This document shows positions 58,301 to 64,000 of a stretch of 64,000 nt of DNA, piece after piece. Where the stretch lies: assembly GCF_000181795.1 (NCBI RefSeq), contig NW_003526941.1, positions 6,311,422 through 6,375,421 on the forward strand. Direction: 5' to 3'. This DNA comes from Trichinella spiralis (Eukaryota). A program made the translations under genes and the position numbers. Positions within the stretch are counted from its first letter, which is position 1. Each line of letters begins with the position of its first letter. The notes below the pieces were generated by a model. The model was not told where the DNA came from. It searched no databases and was given only the letters and a program-made list of their open reading frames with translations.

Positions 58301-61300
58301 TCTTTATACCAACAAGTTGATTATCACATCCAAGCAATTAATATCGTATAACATTGGACAAATATGAAGAACTTGAACACATTTTTGATATGTAAACACG
58401 GATAGAAACGACTTTAAATAATACTGAAGTAAAGCCAAAAAATAATTGTAAAAATTTTCTAACTTGCGATTGTGCACATGCGTTGTTTTAACAAATTTGT
58501 AAAATTTTGGAACTTACAAAAAATTAAAAACTCCAAATGAAGAACAAGCAACCAAAATTCATCAAAGAAGGTCTAAGTAGAGAAACAGAGAAAAATTCAA
58601 AGCAGCAGACTGATTGACACTATGTCCAATTGCTCGCATTAGCAGTAGTAAGCGCGTTACAGATAATGTCAAAATGGGAGAAAATTAATTTAAAATCAAA
58701 CAGTAATAATAATAATAATACAAAGTTAAGGAATATTTGAACAATATATAAAGAGAACATACAAACAAACAAAAATTTCAATATACCGTTAGTGTGAAAA
58801 TTTAAATTTAAAAAATGTCTATCTTTGACTTCATTCCAAAAATCAGTTTGAAAATACACTGTTTTTTTTGCACAATGCGTGTGAAAGAAAAAAAATAAAA
58901 TTTATAGAAATTGTATAGAATAAATCCAATTACCTGAAAATAAAAAGATTTTTTTTCAATAAAATCATAATTAAATAAATCAATGTTATATGAAACGGAC
59001 AATTATACCAGGAAAGGAGTTGGTTTGCCGAGATGCAAGCGGAAAAATCAACCAAAATGAAAATACTATCTTTTTAAGCATTCAATAAACGTCAAATATT
59101 GCAACTTGACACTAAATTGATTTTTCAAGACGACTGTCAACGCGACAAATGAATCAAATCGACAAGTAAGAAGAAAAAAATATTCACAAATTCTGTTTGC
59201 AAAATTTTCTTCATTAACTTCCCGCTTATTAGAAGAAAAATATTCATTTTTTCTTTGAACATCTTTCCTCAAAAGTTCAGCAATATAATTGTTAAAATCA
59301 AAAGCAAAAAAAACAAAATTATAACACCTAACCGTTGACATATAAATGCATCTCTGTTTTACGTTTAAGTGTTTAATTGGATAATAATCGATCAGTGTTG
59401 AAGCAACAAAGTCAAAGCATTGTCAAACTGCGGAACTTCTTTTTATCACTTATCAATTGTTAACATCGGCAAGCTTTGAATTCAATGCACTCGAAGACTG
59501 AATTTCAACAATAAGAACAACAAAACAATGTAACATATCTCACGATAAAGTTCTGAAGAATAATCATGCATCACACACATACTGACGACAATTTAAAGCA
59601 TTATCCGTGGTGCTTCTTTAAAAATAAACACCATTCCCTGAGGAACCCCTGAAGAAATATAATTTTGAAGAAAAAAAAAACAGAATTTCTCATTATTTAA
59701 TTTTAGTACTTTTTTATTATCTCTTCGTTTCAAAGTATTTGAGTCCAAGCAAAATTATTACATTATTTTGAAAAGCTAATTTATCACTTCAAAATGCTCA
59801 TTGCAATTTATTACAAGCAAATATATCTCCACAGACACTAGCACTTGATAATCGAATACCAATCAACACAATGTAACTGTCTTAGCAAAGTGGAAAACTC
59901 GCATTTCTAAAATTAGCATTTGAGAAAAATGACTACTCCAAAAGTGCTCAATAAATCAGTTTCACTAGACACTTGAAAATGCATTCATATTTCACACAAA
60001 TTCACCAAAGCAACAGTTCTTTTTCGTTCACTATTCAACAAGCAATAAATTAAATCCAACTATAAAATTACTATGCTTTATTAGTAATTAACTATTTTTA
60101 AATTTTAGCATAATAAACCCATGCTAACATCTCAAAACAAAAATGCCATGCTCATAATTGAACAACCAACTTTGTACGCAAACGTATAGCCAGCTGCAAA
60201 CGTTGGTTAAAGCAAACTATCTTTTCAACAACACAGTGTGATCATTTCCAGCGACATAACATATTGAAATTAATACTACATTAGCTGAATTTCTTATGTC
60301 TGTTAATGCTTCAAATAAACGCTCTCCACAAAATACTGTTCTCTGTTTCGGATGCATTTCTCTAGTTAAACTATCGCAACCAAATCATCCAAAACATACT
60401 GTTTGTTAATATCGAATGACAGAAAAAGAAGGAATCAATTGCATTCAAAATTCATGCAAATAATTCACAATGGTTTTTCGATATTACTGAAGTATAAATT
60501 TCATCTTCATCACACAAAAGCCAACACTAACTGCGCCCTAACCATAAAAAATGAATATACGATCTCAAAAAAATCAATCTCCAGTAAAAATGCATTAATT
60601 GAAAATTGTAAAAATGAAAAAATTCTGCAATTTTTTAAAACAGGATTTCGGATTAAAATTCTGACATACAAATCAATGAATGCGGGATTTCTAAAGCTAG
60701 AGAACTGCACAAACCGTGGACCACCTCAAACAATCGATCTGCTTGCAAAACTTGACGGTCTTGTTTCTATTATTTAATATTACAACGATATAATTGATTG
60801 CGCAAATCAATCCAGCGCGGTCATTTCAAAACTAATCATTGCAATTGAAAGACAGAAAGCTAACTTAATGAACCCACTGCCGAACATACAATTAAATTAT
60901 GAAAATGCAGAAAATAATGCACATTTGAATAAAAGATCTTAAAACCAACTGACTGTAGAATCTAAGCATGACATTCGAAAAGAAACTGAACAAAAATTTA
61001 AATCTATTTGTAATTATCAAATAATCAACATAAATAGTTTAAAATATTGTAGAAATTCATTTCTAACAAATCAATATCATTAATAGCAGTGAACGGAAAA
61101 ATAAACAAACTTATTTGATAACATTTTTAAAGGATTCAGCTAATTAATAGCTACAATTAATTTACTTTAAATAACCCACAAAATATACCAAACTACTTCA
61201 TTTTAATAATCATTTCAAGAACAAAACTAAACTGCCGCCCACAGAAAATTTTTGTGCATTTCAAAAGCAAATAACTTATCTTTCAATAATATGAATACTG

Positions 61301-61769
61301 TCACTTACAGTAAGATTAAAAATAATTCTTAACAAGAATATAATGCAAAAAAAATATATGTATAATCATACCTTTGATTACATGATAGTATTTCAGCATA
61401 CGTCTTCTTGTTTGAAACCTTTCAGAATCTGAAAATAATATCTTTTAATAAAAAAAAAACAACACCATAGAATACAAAATACAGAAAAGTAATTCAATAA
61501 ATGTTTTATCTCATAAATATTAACAAATTTAACTTAATAAAATATTAAATTTAGTTCAATAATTCGCCGTCATGTCTACGAAATTATTATACTGCTATTT
61601 TTACGTTATTGTAATGACGATCATTATGACAGAACAAAATTTTCATCACAAACGACATTTCAGTTTCATAACGCTGATTTTATGCCTGACAAAGCTTCAT
61701 AAACAAGCCAATCAATGCTAAACGTACATTTTCAAAAATTCAAAATTTCCAAATAGCTGCATGCATCAT

Positions 61770-62796
61770 TTATCGTCTTCGATCACCGGATCGATACGGG
61801 CTCTGTTTAAAAGGATTCCGCCTGCGCCGTATCATATTCGGAAAAACATCAGGATTGTGAGTTGGATAGACCAACTTTGGCGACTGTTGTTCGATAGCAG
61901 GAAATTCTGGTTCTTCTTCTACGAAATGATCATTGTCACCCTTAGGCCACCACGAATAATATTCCGAGTAATCGTAATTGCGGAATGGGACCGTAAAAGG
62001 GATGTAGCCTAAAAAAGAAACAATTTTTACTCGCATGATTACAATACAATAGCTTTTTGCATACCACAATCAGTGGCTTTCGCAATTTCCACTCTCAACT
62101 TCAAATACTGATGCCCACACAAGCCAGATTTTCGACTCTCCACAAGTTGGCCTGTTTGCGGAATGATGAACTGTTGTAAAAGTTTAATATTCTAAAAATA
62201 ATTTTTTCAAATTCTTTGTTTCTTAAAAAAAACCAAGTCAAATTTAAAACAAACACGGTAATCAACGACCAAATATTCATCGCGACAAATTGGACATGGA
62301 TAGTTTGTCCTGAAACGACCATCTCCGTCAACACAATTTGGTCTGGTTCTTGATAGCATGTGCATAGGACCTTTCATGTTCCGACGGTACAAAACCCAGA
62401 TCAGATTATTACCATACGTTTGTTTGTAGGCTAGAATTTAAAAATTAGTACTTTGAAAAATCAAATTATTCAATAAATACCTTCGCTTTCCATATATTTT
62501 ACACTGACGGGCCAAGGATGTATAGGCCGAAGTTTATTCTTTCTTTTCTCCACATCATTCGTACCCAATTCCTCCAAATTTACTGAAGCCATTTTTCCCT
62601 GGTCATTATCAATTTCTTCAACCGGCGTTGATTCTGAACACAGAAGACGGGATGGTAAAAGCATACGCCAACTCGTTTGCAAATGCCTTGGTAAAATTAA
62701 CGTCGAGCGATTATACTGACGCGTAAACAGCGAAAAGAACTAAATATTAACATTTATAATTATAACTTTAACATTTCTGAATGCACAGTTTACCAT
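61770..62796 (-). CDS. MRPS18B: Mitochondrial ribosomal protein S18b (mS40), multi-exon
   Basis: ATG (62796-62794) is followed directly by an intron, then an Arg/Ser-rich presequence-like segment; SVKYMESE/AYKQTYG..WVLYRRNMKG..TRPNC..PCPICRDEYLVVDYR/NIKLLQQFI..TGQL..KSGLC..Q..L..EIAKA.DC/GYIPFTVPFRNYDYSEYY. Confidence 0.92.
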
Positions 62797-63731
62797 TGAA
62801 TTATACAATCAGCAACAGACAAACTTCAAAATTTTTCTTATGCTGGCAACCAATTACAGTAAATATATAACTTGGAAATCATTTTTAAATTACAGTGTTT
62901 GTGATTAATATAAATTATTTAAAAATAAAGTTCTGAAGCGTGCGTTAAGCTCAGGTGAACTTTATCATGTTAATTTGTATAACATTCATGTTTTCAACTT
63001 CTAGAAAAAAATAATTAGAGTTTTTGTGCGTAATTTGAGCTGAAATGTGACGTTACATTTTTCCAATTAAACAATAATATGTGGAAAATTATTTAATTAC
63101 TCTTACATAATGCAATTTATTCATTTATCATGCAGATTTTTGTAATTAGTAAACATATATTTCAAATTTGCATACTGTAAAAAAATAAAAGCTTCGCAAG
63201 AGTGAATGTGAATATGAAGAAAAAGCAGTTGAAAAATGAGTCAACTGCAGCAGAATTAAAGATTTGCAGCATTTGAAACATTTCCAGCATTATTTAAAAA
63301 ATCGCCCTGTAATGAATGTCAATATTAAATTATTTTATGCTATATCAACAGTATTGGAAAATTTGTTATACAAATATTTTGAAAATTTCATTTATTCCAA
63401 TAATTCAATCGAACATTTTGTGTCAATAATCAAAATTATCCTAATTTTTAATTAGTTTTGTAATTAAGCTAAATTAGTGGATGCTTTTTGATTAATTGAA
63501 GAGAAATTTTGGAAAAATTAAAAAGAAATAGTCTTTGATTTTGAAAATTGGAAACAAGACGTCAAATGTTGAAATAAAATGCAAAAAGTGGCATTGGTTT
63601 GAGTGTAAATTTCCCATTGAAACGAGACGCAATGGAAATAATTTAGTGATAGAAAAAATACAAGTAAGTACAGATGGTTTTCAGCATTATTTTGCATAAA
63701 TGTCGCTTGCTGAAAGCGGTGCTGCTGCAAA

Positions 63732-63923
63732 GTGGCTTCTTTCATTTGGCCGGAAAAGCAGGAAATCAATCCTTTTGATGATGATGAAAGCGCCGTCGAT
63801 GATGCTTTGCTTGATCGAGACTCGAGATCGAGACTCTGCTTCACTTGTCGAAAGCGTTTAAAATTCAAATTATACTCCCAAGAGCTGCTTCATCCTCGAA
63901 AGTTTTGTTGTTCCGATCAGATT
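63732..63923 (+). CDS. Possible coding exon of an unidentified gene running off the window
   Basis: GC-richer open stretch (..EINPFDDDESAVDDALLDRDSRSRLCFTCRKRLKF..) ending at a G|gtgaac donor. No start or family identified. Confidence 0.35.
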
Positions 63924-64000
63924 GGTGAACATTTTTTAACATTCCCAAAAAAAATCTTTTTCAATTTTAATTGAAAATTGAAAAAAATTTATTTAAAAAT

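Noticed and set aside
53147..60777. Many 60-125 aa ORFs in the AT-rich region upstream of the stomatin gene
   Set aside because: F/I/K/N-rich composition typical of chance ORFs in AT-rich DNA; no supporting motifs.

Overview
AT-rich eukaryotic genomic scaffold with short (about 50-70 nt) GT-AG introns and nematode-type genes. It most resembles a clade I nematode such as Trichinella, which is an inference and not proven here. Gene content, left to right: GCN5/PCAF acetyltransferase (+), METTL13 (+), a small SAM-domain gene missed by the ORF track (+), a purine nucleoside phosphorylase homologue with a degenerate active site (-), a ~6.5 kb gap-flanked repeat complex (16.4-22.9 kb), INTS13/Asunder (+), a SETMAR/set-23-like SET methyltransferase (+), an NCOA4/ARA70-like gene (-), a CHH/ITP-family neuropeptide (+), a cathepsin D-like aspartic protease (+), an XTBD (XRN2-binding) protein (-), a mec-2-like stomatin with several candidate first exons (-) and MRPS18B (-). 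The most notable observations: (1) the NCOA4-like protein has two copies of an I-x-x-S-x4-W-L motif matching the human ferritin-binding motif, plus a LIR-like motif; (2) the PNP homologue looks like a pseudo-enzyme; (3) the repeat complex contains an octamer/AP-2-like motif array next to a dense array of U1-complementary 5' splice-site sequences. All exon joins were read by eye and none is transcript-verified.
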